64,000 bases of DNA from Prasinococcaceae sp. CCMP 1430. Its lineage: Eukaryota; Plantae; Prasinodermophyta. The stretch covers positions 99,721 through 163,720 of the forward strand of contig RQSC01001393.1 of assembly GCA_013416795.1 (NCBI GenBank), given 5' to 3'. The number at the start of each line of letters is the position of its first letter. The first letter of the stretch is position 1. Below are positions 23,296 to 36,176 of the stretch, piece after piece. Both the position numbers and the translations under genes were made by a program. A model generated the notes under the pieces. The model searched no databases. It was given only the letters and a program-made list of their open reading frames with translations, and was not told the origin of the DNA.

Positions 23296-24882
23296 CTACC
23301 GTCGCAGCGACGCCTCTCGGCGCGGCTTGCGGCCGCCCAGCCGGGCGACACGGGCGCGCTCCACCGGCTCACCGAGAGCCGGAAGGGGAAGGCAAGGCGA
23401 TGCCCGCCCGCCTATCATCGCCTCGCGCCTCTGCCTCTTGGCAGGGCTGCACTCGACGCAGCCATGTCGACTCCCGCGGCACTTGGCGCAGCCGTGCTCG
23501 TACACGACCCGCGCATCGTGGGTCTCGTCCTGGAAGCGCTTCGGAGGTCGAGCGTTGCGGCGCAGGCGCGGGTGCTGAGTGCCTGCGCGCGAGGCCCCAG
23601 GCACCGTCGCCGCGGGAAACCACCCGGCCGCCATCGAACGCGCCACGCCCTGCGATGCCTTCTCCGCTGCTTCTTCCGATGGAGGGTGCCTACCTGCTGT
23701 CGGCGGCGCTGCCCCACCACTAGCCGTCGCTGTCGTTTCGCAGGCGAGCGCCATGAGCTTCTCTGCCGCCCCTGGTGCTGCCGCGGGAGCCGTCGCCGCC
23801 TCTCCCGGCGTTGGCGTCGCCTGCGTGGGGGCCACGGGCGTCACAGGTACGACCCTGTTCTGTTGCGCACCAGCGGCGGAGGCGACCTGCAAAGCATCAG
23901 CTGCAGCTCCCGTCACTTCGGAGTGATAGTCCTTGAGGCGCGCGGGAGGACCCGAGCTCCGACGCGCGCGTGCTGGCATGGCCACACTGCCAGCGCGCCG
24001 TAGCTCGGCGAGCGCGACGGCTTGCCCGTCGGCGGACCCCTCGCCGCGTGACTGACGCGAGCTCTGCAAGGCAACGAGCGCTTCTGCCCCCTCCCTCTGC
24101 AGCGCCGCAGATGCTGGCGACGTCATTGTCCCTGCGCACGCAGGTGCAGCACCGACGCCTGCACCACCCGAGAAGGGCACCACAGACGTGAACGCCTCCG
24201 AGACCGTCGTTCCCTCCGGCGTGCTGGGCTCACCGTTTCCCCCACCCGTCCTCGGTTGCCTCCTCTCCATGCTGCTTGCTCGGATGCCATCCCCGGCGTC
24301 GGCTCCTGCGGGTGGCCGCGCGCGCCCTGGCTGCGCGGCTGCCCGCCTCTCGGGCTCGCTCGTCCTTTCGCGCGGGGCTGATGTCATGTGGTCTGTAACG
24401 TCTGCGGGGATGCCCTGCTTCAGCGCACGATTCTCCGCTTGCAGCTCCCTAGCAAGGGCGAGGTCGAGGTCCGCCTTCGCCGCCTTCACCCTCAGCTCTG
24501 TCCTGAGCGCATCTATCTGGCGCTTCAAGTCTGCCTGCTCGGCCTTGGCTTGGTCCTGCACGCGGCCGAGAAGCATCCGCAAGTTGCTTTCGTGGCGATC
24601 GGCGGCGGCGCCCTCGCGCGCGCGCGCGGCGTCGCGCTCCGCGCGCGCGGCGTCGCGCTCCGCGCGCAGCTGCTCGGCCTCGCGCTCGGCCTTCGCGGCG
24701 CGCTCGACCTCTTCCTCGAGGCGCTGCTCCGCGATGTCGACCTCCAGCGCGAGGTGCGCGGCGTCGTTCACGCGCGACTCGAGGTGGGCCGCGAGCACCT
24801 GCTGCCACTCCTCGAGGTTGGGCGACGCCGACAGCATTCGGGGCGCGCGGAAGGGGGCGTGGCGCGCGCCGGGCGGCGCCAT
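23296..24882 (-). CDS. Coiled-coil, low-complexity protein with a C-terminal GCxKCRxxxxGCxxC Cys cluster
   Basis: ATG 24882; heptad-rich region LEEEVERAAKAEREAEQLRAERDAARAERD; HGCAKCRGSRHGCVECSP near the C-terminus. Confidence 0.6.
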   Translation of the reverse strand: MAPPGARHAPFRAPRMLSASPNLEEWQQVLAAHLESRVNDAAHLALEVDIAEQRLEEEVERAAKAEREAEQLRAERDAARAERDAARAREGAAADRHESNLRMLLGRVQDQAKAEQADLKRQIDALRTELRVKAAKADLDLALARELQAENRALKQGIPADVTDHMTSAPRERTSEPERRAAAQPGRARPPAGADAGDGIRASSMERRQPRTGGGNGEPSTPEGTTVSEAFTSVVPFSGGAGVGAAPACAGTMTSPASAALQREGAEALVALQSSRQSRGEGSADGQAVALAELRRAGSVAMPARARRSSGPPARLKDYHSEVTGAAADALQVASAAGAQQNRVVPVTPVAPTQATPTPGEAATAPAAAPGAAEKLMALACETTATASGGAAPPTAGRHPPSEEAAEKASQGVARSMAAGWFPAATVPGASRAGTQHPRLRRNARPPKRFQDETHDARVVYEHGCAKCRGSRHGCVECSPAKRQRREAMIGGRASPCLPLPALGEPVERARVARLGGRKPRREASLRR

Positions 24883-25276
24883 GGCCGCCCGTCTGGACTC
24901 CTGCTGCCTCGAGTCCCCGCACAGCGCTCCGTCCCCCCTCTCTGGTCCCTCTTTCACGCGGGCCCTGGCGGGGCGGGGCGCGCCGCGTGTGCGCCGTGTG
25001 GCACCGAGCACCACACAACAGCAGCAGCCGTTTCGTTTGTGTGTGCGCCGTACGCCCGTGAAGAGCACCGACATTGCACGCCCTCGATCCCCCTACTCAC
25101 TCACACACACACACACACACACAGTGCACCGCGCCGCCCACCGCTCGCGCCTGTGCCTTGACCTGCGTACCGCGAGAGCGCCCAAGGCCGCAGGGTGGGG
25201 TGGGCGGGGGGGCGGCCTGCGCGCCTCCTCCGTGGGCCTGTCGACAAGTACATATGGTATATCACTGGAAGGCGAC

Positions 25277-28200
25277 TCAGCGCGCGCGGGGCAAGCTTGA
25301 GACGTTCGCCTGCGCCTTCGGTGGGGTGGGGTGCGTTGGCGCGCGGGAGATGAGGGGCGACACGTGAGAGCCGCCGCGCATGGCAGCCGGCCGGCTCGCT
25401 GCCACCGTCGGGTTGCCCGCCTTGATCCCCTCCCACGCCCTCGTCTTCCAGTCGCTATGCATCTCGGCGCCTCCCTCGCTCTTGACCTCGGCCTGCAGGA
25501 CGACGCGCGCGCCGTGCGCCGTGCGCGAGATGCAGAGCACTGCCTCTCCGGCGGCCGCGCGCGCGCCCGCGTCGGGATCGCCGGCGCTGAGCGCTCGCAG
25601 CCGCCACACGACGTCCATACCTGAGTCGCACACCGCACGAGCGGCGGTCGAGCCCCCCCGCCCGCCCAGCGTCCCAAGAAAGAACGCCGCGCCCACGCGC
25701 ACCTCGGGATACGTCGACAGCAGCAGCTCCGCCGCACGCTCGTGCGCGCACGCCTCGAGGACCGCGCGCACGCCCTCGCGCGACACGAGCACCTCCGCCG
25801 GCGCTTGCGACACGGGCCGCTCTTCCACACCGCCGTCTGGCACAATGTTGCCCTCACGCGCAATCGCGAGGTCGTCGGCGTCAATGCCGAGACCCGTGCC
25901 CTCCTCATTCCTCGCATCGTCGAAAGCATCTTCGACCCCGGTGGCACCGCCGACAGGCTGGATGATGACGCGCTCCAAGGCTGCCAGCGCAGCCGCGCGG
26001 CATGCGGCCGTGTCCGCGTCTGTCAATGGGGTGGTGACACCCGTGCGCGCGGCCGTCATTCGACTGATGCCCTCGTCGCTGGCGTCGCCGAGCATGCTCA
26101 CAAGAATCCCTACCCACTCGGCACGTGCGATGGAGCCCTCAAGCACCGAGGCCACCTTCCCTGCCAGCGAACGCGCCACACGCGAGGGCGCCCGCCGAGT
26201 GAGCACCATGAGCCGCTGAAGCGCCGCCCCCTCCGCCTCGGCGCTCAGCAGCGCTTCGGCGGCGCTGTCGGTCGACGCGATGGAGATCAGCGCCTGCCCG
26301 GCCGCGACAGCTATGGTGCTGTCCCCGTTGACGCCCAGAGCGTCCACCAGGGCATCCAGCGCAGCAATCTCTTCCTTCGTCGCTCCCCCAGTCGAGGCCG
26401 CCACTGTCTCGCGCTCCACCAGAGTGTTGAGTGCTTGCTCGATGGCCGAGGGGACCACCTGGCGCCTCAACAGCGCCTCAGAGATAAAGCACTTCACAAT
26501 GCTCGGAAGCAGGCGAAGCCACATCAGCAGCCACGCAGCGATGTGTTCGGGTGCGCGTCGCAGTGTTCGCACCGCAAGTGCGCGCCGCTGCTGTTTGGGT
26601 AGTGCTCGCCACTGGCGTAGCCGCTGTACCCGCCCTACCGGTGTCTTCGCCTGCATCGATGAGCGCACCGATGCGCGCGAGCGTCCTGACCCGCGCGCGG
26701 GCAAGCGAGGACCCCTCGGCGACTCGCCCGGCGAATGCGACGGCGGATCGCCAGCGGCACTGCCCGAGCCCGTGCCGCTCTCGACGTCGCCGGCGACATC
26801 CTTTCCGTCGCTGTCGGCGTCGCTCTCTGCAAGGTCGCTCAGATTATCCTCGGTGAATTCGACTCCGCGCTCACGCAGTCGCTGCCGCTTGAACTCACGC
26901 TGCTTCTCACGGTCCTTGGAGCGATAGAAGGCTCGGCGCCATGGGTAGAACGCACGTACGCCTGCGAGCGAGCTTGCCGCGGCCCGTGCACACCGCGCAC
27001 GATGCACGCGGGACGCAGCACGCACGTCGTCGAAGGTGTCGCCGATCAACTCCACCGCAGCCGCGCGCGCATCCGCGAGGTATTGGCGGGCGCGTTCGAC
27101 ATCGCGGCCAGACGGACTCCCAGACGAGCGCGCGCCTGGAGCGATGCCTTCCGCGCGAACGAGGCCTGTGAGTGTCGCAAGTGCACCTGTGCGCGCGAGC
27201 ATATCCGCGGCCTCCTCCCGCGAGTGTGCATGTGCCCCCGACCACACTGTGCGAATCTCCACAACACAGCGATGCATGGCTCGATGGCGAAATGCGAGCA
27301 CGCAGCTGGGTGGCTGTAGGTAAGCGCATGCCACCGGGATGCGCACACGTGCGACCTCGTCTGAGCTTCCCTGTGCGTTCGACGCCAGGTCTGAGTCCGC
27401 GTTGACAATAGGTGGTGGTGGTTCCAAGAACTCAGGGTTGTGCTCGGGTAGACAGTCTTCCGCGTCCACGACCGATGATACATGCGACTGCACGCTCGCC
27501 CGCGCGCGAGGGCCATCGTCGGCCTGTAGGGTGCCTGTCAGGTGCGGTGACATCGGCGACGCTGGCGACATCTCGCTCACAGATCGACCATTCTTGAGTT
27601 GGGTGGGGCGTGCGTGGCCACTGCGGCCGCGAAGACGAGGGCGCGTGTGCGCGGCGGCACTCCCTCGCCGAGCGTCACCAGTGATGGCATCGTCGAATAG
27701 GAGTGTGCACCGTAGACCCACCGCTGCTTGCTCCAGACACGTGGCGCTTCTGACGTCAAATGCGCGCTCAAAGAACGATGTCACGTCATTGAGATCGATT
27801 CCATCCACGCCCCTGAGCGCGTGCTCGACCGCGTGAGCCTCCCAGCTACCAGCAGCACATGCACAGGCGAAGCACGCGACCAATCGTAGACGAGGCGTGG
27901 CGTCGGAGAGCAAATCAGCCAGCGGCATCCCACTTGGGATGCTCGACGAAAGGGCATCCCGATAGGCCTCATCCTCAACATCGCGAAGGTGTAGCTCATC
28001 GCCTATGGCCTCTCGCGCGCGCTTGACTGCCCGCCGGCAGCGGATCGCCGCGACGGCGCCGACGATAGGCGACCCAGTCACAGATATGGCGTAAGCAGCA
28101 CTGCTCACCGCTCCCAACGACAAAAACATCGACAAAAGCTGTGTGGCGAATGCGATGCTGGCGCACCAAATCGCCGCACCAGTGACGGCGCAAGCCAGCT

Positions 28201-31200
28201 CATTCGCGCTTCCGCACAACCCCCTGTACGGCTGCCACGCTGCGGTCACGTTGTAAAGCACGACGGCTGCACACAGTGCGAGGCAAGAGCCGATATTCGC
28301 CCCGAACATAGCTACGTTCCCGGCGAGTAGAAAGCGCACACACACGCTGAGCACGACGAAGTCTGCACGCACGAAAGAGGTGGGGCGCAGCACCCTGTCC
28401 TCCACCGGTAGCACCCTGAGTGCAAGCGAGAGGGAAAACGCCGTCGAAATCAGTGCGCACGGGACCATGAACAGATGTGCACCCTCCCAGCAGCGGGTGC
28501 TAGCGGCGGAGAGCACGAATGCGTACGGCCGGGCCGGGTCGAGATACCTGCACTCAAGTAGGGCGAAGCAGCATCGCCAGAGCGGCAATAGCAAGACGTT
28601 GAGAGCGTGCACACGGAAGATTCTGTCCCATGGCTGCGCTCCCCGCACCGCCGCCACGGCCGCAATCAAGGCCGGCTTCGTTCTCCTGCGCCAACACGAC
28701 ACAAGCGGAAAGGAGTTGCATTTGCCGCCCCGCTTCGTTAAGTCGCCCCCGCTGCCGTCTGCACCAAACGCGCCTTTCGTCGGCGTCTGTACATGTGCTT
28801 GGTCCCCAGTATGGACATAAGCGGCACCTGCAGCGCCGCGCTTGCTGGCGACCCATCGCGCACACACCGCGACCAAACAGATGAGGAAAAAGAGCGCAGG
28901 CAAGAAAAAGACGCTGCCTTCATTGGCGCCATCCCACGATAGAACGCGCATGACGATCAGTAGCGGCGCTGGCGCGTTGTCCACCGATCGGAAGCCACGC
29001 TGCCCGCAGAATGCGATCACGATCTGGAGTGCCACAACGCCATCGGTCACAGCGGTCAGATTCATGGTGACGCGCTGCGGCCGCGTCAGCACCAGGCTTT
29101 GCCGCAGCGCCAGCACGTCTCGAAGGATGTGCGCAGCGCGCAGTGAAGGCAGCGCCACCGGGTCGCGAGCTGCTCGTAGTCTTGTATCTGCTCTCCGTAG
29201 CACCGCCACGAACAGCAACAGCGAGATGATAGGCACGACCAATGCTGCGTAGAACGCGGTCGACACACACGCGGGGTGCCAGTCCACCAAGATGCTCGCG
29301 GTATGCGTCGCCTCCGTGCAGCCATCCGACACGTTGACACTGAGCGCGTACGACCCCACGACGTCAGGGCGGAAGCACATGCGAGACCCGTGGCCTGAAG
29401 TGTTGTGAGAGTCGCCCGGGAGGAAGTGAAGATCGCTCGCCTGTGTGCCGGCGTTGTATCCACCGTCGCAAGCAGCATCCTCGAGGATCGCACCCAGGGA
29501 AGGGGCTTGTAGGCTCCACGTGCTCGCAAAGGGGGCAGCGTCGAGCCACATGAGGTAGCTCATGGCGTCGCCATTTGTGTCAATGGACGTGCTCGCATCG
29601 AGACGAACGCGCGGGAAGCACGTCCTCCCATGCCAATCGAAGTCGAGCGTCGGGCGCAAGTCGGGTACGGGTGGGTCGTTGCACACCGCATCGAGCGCCA
29701 CGAATGCGCTCTGATCGTTGCCCTCGCCCAGTGAGCAATCGAGCGCTTTGTACTCGACCCGGAGGACGTACGAGCCTTCCGTGTCTGGCGTGAAACCGAC
29801 ACTCGCGCGAGAGGACCCGTCTGGTAGGCGCACAGGGTGGCGAACAGGGTCGTGCGTGTAGAACGTGGACGTTGGAGGGGCCTGGTGCACGTACCAGTCT
29901 GGCCACAGCGGCGCCTCGTGCAGCGTCGGGAGAAGCTCGTACAGTGTCCCCTTTTTCGGCTCGGGGCGCTGCATCAGCACGTATGCGGATGCTCCGCTGA
30001 CAGAGTCCTTGCGTTGCGGACTCCTAGTGACGACCGTCGCATCAAGGCCCTCGGAGAGGACCTGCTCCTGCACGCTCTCATCTAGCGTGTCAAAGGTCTC
30101 GAGTGGGTCGCGGTCAATGAAGGCCACAGCTCTGCCGAACTCGCCCACCACGCCGCTGCCGCCCCAGATGGCCTCCGGCTCGGCCAACGATGCTACGATT
30201 GGCACGTAGGAGCAGTTTACGCGCAGCGACACGGTCACGCGCACATAGCGCGTGGGTGCTGCATCCCCCCACTGGTCCTTTGCGACGATGCCGATCGTGT
30301 ACGTGCTCTCCTCTGATTTGTATGGGACGTAGAAGAAAACGCTCGGGGGGGATGCCGTTGGATCCTCGGCGGTGACCTCATCGCGGATGTCCAAACCGTC
30401 GCCTCTCCATTTGTACCCTACTTCGACGAGCCGATTGGTTTCTGGGGTAATCTCGTACGTCACAGGCAGGGCAGGGTCGTCAGGGTCGCTGGCGACGACA
30501 GGGAAGGACACCAAATCGCCCATGTTTGCGTGGGTATGCTCAGGCGGTAGCGGATCACGCCAGACAGGGGCACGCGACTGGTCCAGCACGAGCACGCTTA
30601 CTGCATACGTGGTGTTGGCGCCAAGGGCGTCTGTGAGGCGTATGTCGAAGACGCGCCGCCCGGAACTTTCATAGTGTGCGTACCACGTAAGATTGCCGTC
30701 AGCTGTCAGCACTGCCCCAGCCAGGAGCTCGTCGCCCGGGACGAGCTCGTACTCGAACGCGTCGCCTTCTGGGTCCTCCGCGCGCAGTCGCGCTTCGAGC
30801 CACTCGCCCTCTCGAATGCTCGAAGGTATGCTCTTTTTGTCGAGTTTTGGCGCTTCGTTCGTGTCTGACACCGTAATCATAGTCGTGGCCTCCGACGAGA
30901 CGAGCCCGCGCGCATCTTGCGCGACTACACTGAGCGCAATGGTCGTCACGCCGACTGCGCGACTGACGGCCGTATACGGCACCGTCCATCTGACGCGAGC
31001 GCGACAGAGCATCTGTTAGCGATGGAATCGACAAGAGGCGCGCGCTTGACGTGACGTGCGATGCGCCCGCGCCCCGACGCGGGCAGGGAGGAGCAAGCAT
31101 TGTCGCAGGGCGCGGACGCGAGCATGTTGACCGCACCTGAGCACGCCTGTCACTCCGTTGAGCGTCGAGGACGGCGGCAGAGTCTCAGAAACTGCTGCGT

Positions 31201-33142
31201 ACAACACCGCGTCCTCATCAGGGTCGTACGCCTCGTAGAGAAGGTCCGCTTCGTCGCCCTCGCGCACGCTTAGCTCGGCGACCGGAGTGGCGATCCAGAT
31301 TGGCGGCCGGTTGCGCTCAGCGAGGGACTCGCCCGTCTGGACGTCGACGCCGGTAGACACCGTCGCGGCGATGAGCCCCTCAACAGCGCCTTCGAATGCG
31401 GCCCGAGCAGACGCAATGGCTACGCTGGTGGCGTCGAACCTCTCCCCTTCTCCCTCTTCGTACTCGTACGCGCCAATGGAGGAGTCGTCGTCCTTGGGTG
31501 AGTACTCGAAGATAGTGTCATTTGTCAGCTCAGCGAGACGTTCGAGGCGGTCAATGTGCAGCTCCGCGGCGACCGCGTCCGCCTCGATACCCCACGTGCG
31601 CACTCCTGCTGGCAGCGCGGCTCCGGCTTGCACGGCAAGCTGCACGCCGAGACCGATGCGAGCATACACATTCCCCACCAGACGCGCGTGTGCCACATCG
31701 ACATCCTCCAGCGACAAGTACGTAGCGTCCGCATCAGTCGCGTTGGTGTCACGATCCCTCACAGCTTCGGACGGGGGCGCTGGCTGCTCCGCCGGGGTGC
31801 TCGCACCCCCCTCCGGATCTCCCTCCTCCGTTTGCTCGCACATCACAGAAGAATTGCCGCCCGCTTGTGCCGACGCGTCGACGTCGCACGGTGGCAACGG
31901 CGGTGGTGCGGGTGGACCGTACTTTTCTGGATCCAGAAGCTCGTGCAGGTAGTCGCCGGGCTGCGCGTCCAGCAGCGGGTCGCTCAAGCCGCTGATGACA
32001 AGCGCACCCGCGAGCATGAGCGCCTCACACGCACGAGCGTGTAACTCTCCACCACCGATCACGTACACGACAGCAGGCAGCTGGCCCGCGAGTCCCGCTC
32101 GCGAGGCGAGGAGCCCCACGAGCGACGCACCGTAGGGTGCGGAGGCCGCCGTGCGATCGGAGCTCAGCAGCTCGCCCGCCACCGCGTCGGCGCGCCCGAC
32201 AGCGCCCAAGTCGTACACAAAGCAGCGCGCGCACTGCGCCTGGGCGCCGCCCACGAAGCCGTTCACGTGCCGCAGCACGCGCGCCGAGCTCGCTTCCCCT
32301 CCCGCCACCCCACCGAAGCCATCGCCAACAGCGAGCCCGACCGTCACGACCCCCGCGACGGCGCGCGCCTCACCCGCTAAGTGCCGCGCCAGCTCGCCCG
32401 CGGCGACGCCGGCTGCATACGCACCCGCGTCCTCGCGCAGGATGTGCCACTGCGATCGATAGTAATCGCCGAGCAGCCCGTCCGCTGGCGGCGCGCCCCA
32501 GCCGCCCACCACGAAGAGGTCGCTTGTGCGGATGCCCTCAAGCGAGGCGCCGCGCGGCGGCCCGAACGCGGCGCGCACGCGGGTCGCATCGACCGCGTCG
32601 GCCGCAGCCGCAGCAACAGCAGTGGCATTGCAGCCCTCGAGCGCCGCTGCGTAGCGCGCGTCGCGCGCGGCGTCCTCGCCGCCCTCGGGGACGTCCGAGG
32701 CGCCGAGCGGCGCGAGCAGCGCGTCGGCATCCACTTCAATGGCGTCGCACCCGGCGAAGGCGCACGCCGCGCGCGCGCCCCGAAGAGCCTCCACGGAGGC
32801 CAGCGCGCGCCGCGCGAAGGTGGCATTTTGCGCCTGCATGGGCACGCGCGCGGCGCGCAACCGAGGGGGCGACACGCCGCTCGCGTTGCGGCGGGAGCGC
32901 GCGAGGGGGTCAGCACGGTGCGCCGCCGGCGCCTCCGCACCCGCAGCAGCTCGGACGCGGCGCTCCCCGGCGTGCCAATCCGCGCGCCGCGGAGGCGGCG
33001 CGCTCGAGCTCCCGCTCGACGCTGCCGGCGCCCGCGCACCTCCGAGTATCCTTCCGCCCCGCGTTCCGCTCCCAGCCGCTCGCCGACGACCACGCACAGC
33101 CTGAGCTCGCCGGCCGCTCGCGCGGCCGCCGGCGGCGACCCC
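25277..33142 (-). CDS. Giant (>2400 aa) cell-surface membrane protein: cadherin-like/He_PIG repeats, PKD/REJ-like repeats, multipass TM region, ARM-like C-terminus; 5'-partial
   Basis: An exon from the N gap (33142) to 31137 splices in frame (intron 31136-30990) into a 1900-aa ORF. Three N.P...E...A.DP(D/E)...Y....L.W repeats, two F.PD..GSY.L.V repeats, several hydrophobic helices, and helical ARM-like repeats. Confidence 0.75.
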
Positions 33143-33354
33143 NNNNNNNNNNNNNNNNNNNNNNNNNNNNNNNNNNNNNNNNNNNNNNNNNNNNNNNNNN
33201 NNNNNNNNNNNNNNNNNNNNNNNNNNNNNNNNNNNNNNNNNNNNNNNNNNNNNNNNNNNNNNNNNNNNNNNNNNNNNNNNNNNNNNNNNNNNNNNNNNNN
33301 NNNNNNNNNNNNNNNNNNNNNNNNNNNNNNNNNNNNNNNNNNNNNNNNNNNNNN
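33143..33354. other. Assembly gap (N run)
   Basis: 212 n; hides the last SERF exon and the 5' end of the large membrane-protein gene. Confidence 1.
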
Positions 33355-33491
33355 GGGGGCGAGGCGCGTCTCGGAGGGTGTGGGGAGGGCGGCGGGCTGT
33401 GTGTGGGGGGGGGGGGTGGGCGCTCGCGCGCGCGCTCGCGCGCTCGCGCGCGCGCTCACGCGCACGCTCGCTCGCGCTCGCGCGCGCGCAC

Positions 33492-34044
33492 CTGCGTGCC
33501 GGCCAGCTGGCGGTGCTTCTTCTCCTCCTTGAGCTTCTTCTTGCGCGCCTCCTCGGCGGCGAGCGCGGCCGGGTCGGCGTTGGCCTTGGCCGCGTCCTTG
33601 GCGGCCTTCTTCTCCGCCATGCGCTTGGCGTCCCTGCGCGAGCGCGGAGCGCGAGTGCGGGCGCGTGCGGGCGCGTGCGGGTGCGCACATGGGCGCGAGT
33701 GGGTGCGCGTGCGTGCGCGTGTGCGCGGGTGTGCGCGCGTGCGCGACCGTGCGTGCGCGTGTGAGCGCGCGCCTTGGACAAGCGCGAGGGCGGCACGCGC
33801 GAGGGCAGGCGGCGCCGCTGCGCGCGCGAGGCGAGGTGAGGCCCGCTCGCGAGCGAGCGCGAGCGCGAGCACGGCATGCATGCCGGCGTGCGAGCTCGGG
33901 CGAGCGCACGCGCGAGCGCACGCACCGCTCCCTGACTTGCGCGGGCGTCAGGTTCTTGTTCTCGTCGGACTTGCCCTTGCCCTTGGCCGCCTGCTTCTTG
34001 AGGTTCTTCTCGCGCGACTGATCGCGCGACAGCCCGCGCGCCAT
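33492..34044 (-). CDS. SERF: Small EDRK-rich factor (SERF/4F5 family); 3'-partial
   Basis: Exons 34044-33926 and 33633-33492: MARGLSRDQSREKNLKKQAAKGKGKSDENKNLTPAQVRERDAKRMAEKK. A further intron from 33491 runs into the gap. Confidence 0.8.
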
Positions 34045-34134
34045 GACGGGCGGCGGCGGCCGCGGCCGCGGGAGCTCGGGCTCGAGCTCGCGCGCGCGAG
34101 GTGACCGCGACGGGACGCGCTGTGGCGCGCGCCC

Positions 34135-34170
<36 letters not shown>

Positions 34171-34711
34171 CCCCACCCATCCCCACCCCGCGCCCACACC
34201 ACACGCGCACCAGCGCACGCGCCCGCGCACCCACGCGACTCCTCGAACCCTATTTACATTACCCCATACAGTATATGACACAGTTCGGGTTTACCTTCGT
34301 TTTGATGCGGTCCCGCCCCCCACGGAATCCGCCAGCCTGCGAGCCGCCGCGCGCACGAGCGCGCGCGGAACCCACTTTACTCTTCTTTTTACACCTAATA
34401 CGCGCGTATGGATTCGTTCATAAAAAACGTAATAAACATGTGGATTCCGTGGAACCCGCCCGCGCGCCGCCCGCGGCGCGCGCGCGCGCGCGCGCCGGGG
34501 CGACGGCGCCGCGCCGCATTCGTTGCGATCGAATAATTCGAATCCGCCAAGTCGCCTCGTACATACATCAACGCCTTATAGAGGCTCCCAAACGACGGTT
34601 ACGTTCGACGAAATTCCCGCACGCGGACGCACCGCGGCGCGCGGCGCTCCGGGGCATTCGCGTGGCACAACCGCCGTTTTGGGAGCCTCGGCGAGATGCC
34701 GCGCGACGTCG

Positions 34712-35091
34712 CGAAACGAATCGTCGCATTCGATTTCGACGCACGCTCCTTACGTCGGCTGCTTTTCCGGATTCATTGGTCATTTGCGCGGCAACAAGCG
34801 GTTTTTTTCGGCCTCGAAAAGATGTTGAGAAAGGTCTCTAAACGAACGTTCGGAGGCGATTTCGACGCACGCTCCTTTCGCCGGCTGCTTTTTCCGGATT
34901 GAGCGGGCATTCGCGCGGCAACAAGCGTTTTTCCCGGCCTCGAAGAGATGCTGTAAAAGGTCTCGAAACGAACGTTCGGAGGCGGTTTCGGCGCACAGCG
35001 CCCCCCGTCGGCTGCTTTTCCGGATTGATTTTGCATTTGCGCGGCAACAAGCGTTTTTTTGTCGGCCTCGAAGAGATGCTGTGAGAGCGCG
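34712..35091. repeat. ~126-bp tandem repeat, 3 units
   Basis: Units start at 34712, 34838 and 34964, sharing AAACGAA...GTCGGCTGCTTTTCCGGATT...GCGCGGCAACAAGCG...GGCCTCGAA.AGATG; partial copy at ~35239. Confidence 0.9.
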
Positions 35092-35101
35092 CGAAACGGA
35101 A

Positions 35102-35231
35102 AAATTCCAGTTTCCGAGATTTTTGGGGCCAGAAATCCCAGTTTTCGAGGTTACAGTACGCTAATAAATTTGGTGCCGAAAATCTCGAAAACTGGAATTT
35201 CTGGTCCCAAAAACCTCGGAAACTGGAATTT
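35102..35231. repeat. 48-bp inverted repeat with a 34-bp loop (MITE-like hairpin)
   Basis: Left arm 35102-35149 and right arm 35184-35231 are reverse complements with about 3 mismatches; each arm contains two copies of AAT(T/C)CCAGTTT(C/T)CGAG. Confidence 0.85.
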
Positions 35232-35344
35232 CCCGTCTCGAAACGAACGTTCGGGGTCGGTTTCGGCGCGCGGCGCGCGAACGGCGGCCCGAAGGGGGGG
35301 GGAGCCGCCGGCGTCGCCCCGCCCGCGTGGCACACACGGCGCGC

Positions 35345-36176
35345 NNNNNNNNNNNNNNNNNNNNNNNNNNNNNNNNNNNNNNNNNNNNNNNNNNNNNNNN
35401 NNNNNNNNNNNNNNNNNNNNNNNNNNNNNNNNNNNNNNNNNNNNNNNNNNNNNNNNNNNNNNNNNNNNNNNNNNNNNNNNNNNNNNNNNNNNNNNNNNNN
35501 NNNNNNNNNNNNNNNNNNNNNNNNNNNNNNNNNNNNNNNNNNNNNNNNNNNNNNNNNNNNNNNNNNNNNNNNNNNNNNNNNNNNNNNNNNNNNNNNNNNN
35601 NNNNNNNNNNNNNNNNNNNNNNNNNNNNNNNNNNNNNNNNNNNNNNNNNNNNNNNNNNNNNNNNNNNNNNNNNNNNNNNNNNNNNNNNNNNNNNNNNNNN
35701 NNNNNNNNNNNNNNNNNNNNNNNNNNNNNNNNNNNNNNNNNNNNNNNNNNNNNNNNNNNNNNNNNNNNNNNNNNNNNNNNNNNNNNNNNNNNNNNNNNNN
35801 NNNNNNNNNNNNNNNNNNNNNNNNNNNNNNNNNNNNNNNNNNNNNNNNNNNNNNNNNNNNNNNNNNNNNNNNNNNNNNNNNNNNNNNNNNNNNNNNNNNN
35901 NNNNNNNNNNNNNNNNNNNNNNNNNNNNNNNNNNNNNNNNNNNNNNNNNNNNNNNNNNNNNNNNNNNNNNNNNNNNNNNNNNNNNNNNNNNNNNNNNNNN
36001 NNNNNNNNNNNNNNNNNNNNNNNNNNNNNNNNNNNNNNNNNNNNNNNNNNNNNNNNNNNNNNNNNNNNNNNNNNNNNNNNNNNNNNNNNNNNNNNNNNNN
36101 NNNNNNNNNNNNNNNNNNNNNNNNNNNNNNNNNNNNNNNNNNNNNNNNNNNNNNNNNNNNNNNNNNNNNNNNNNNN
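35345..36176. other. Assembly gap (N run)
   Basis: 832 n; probably hides the first exon of the Alfin-like gene. Confidence 1.
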
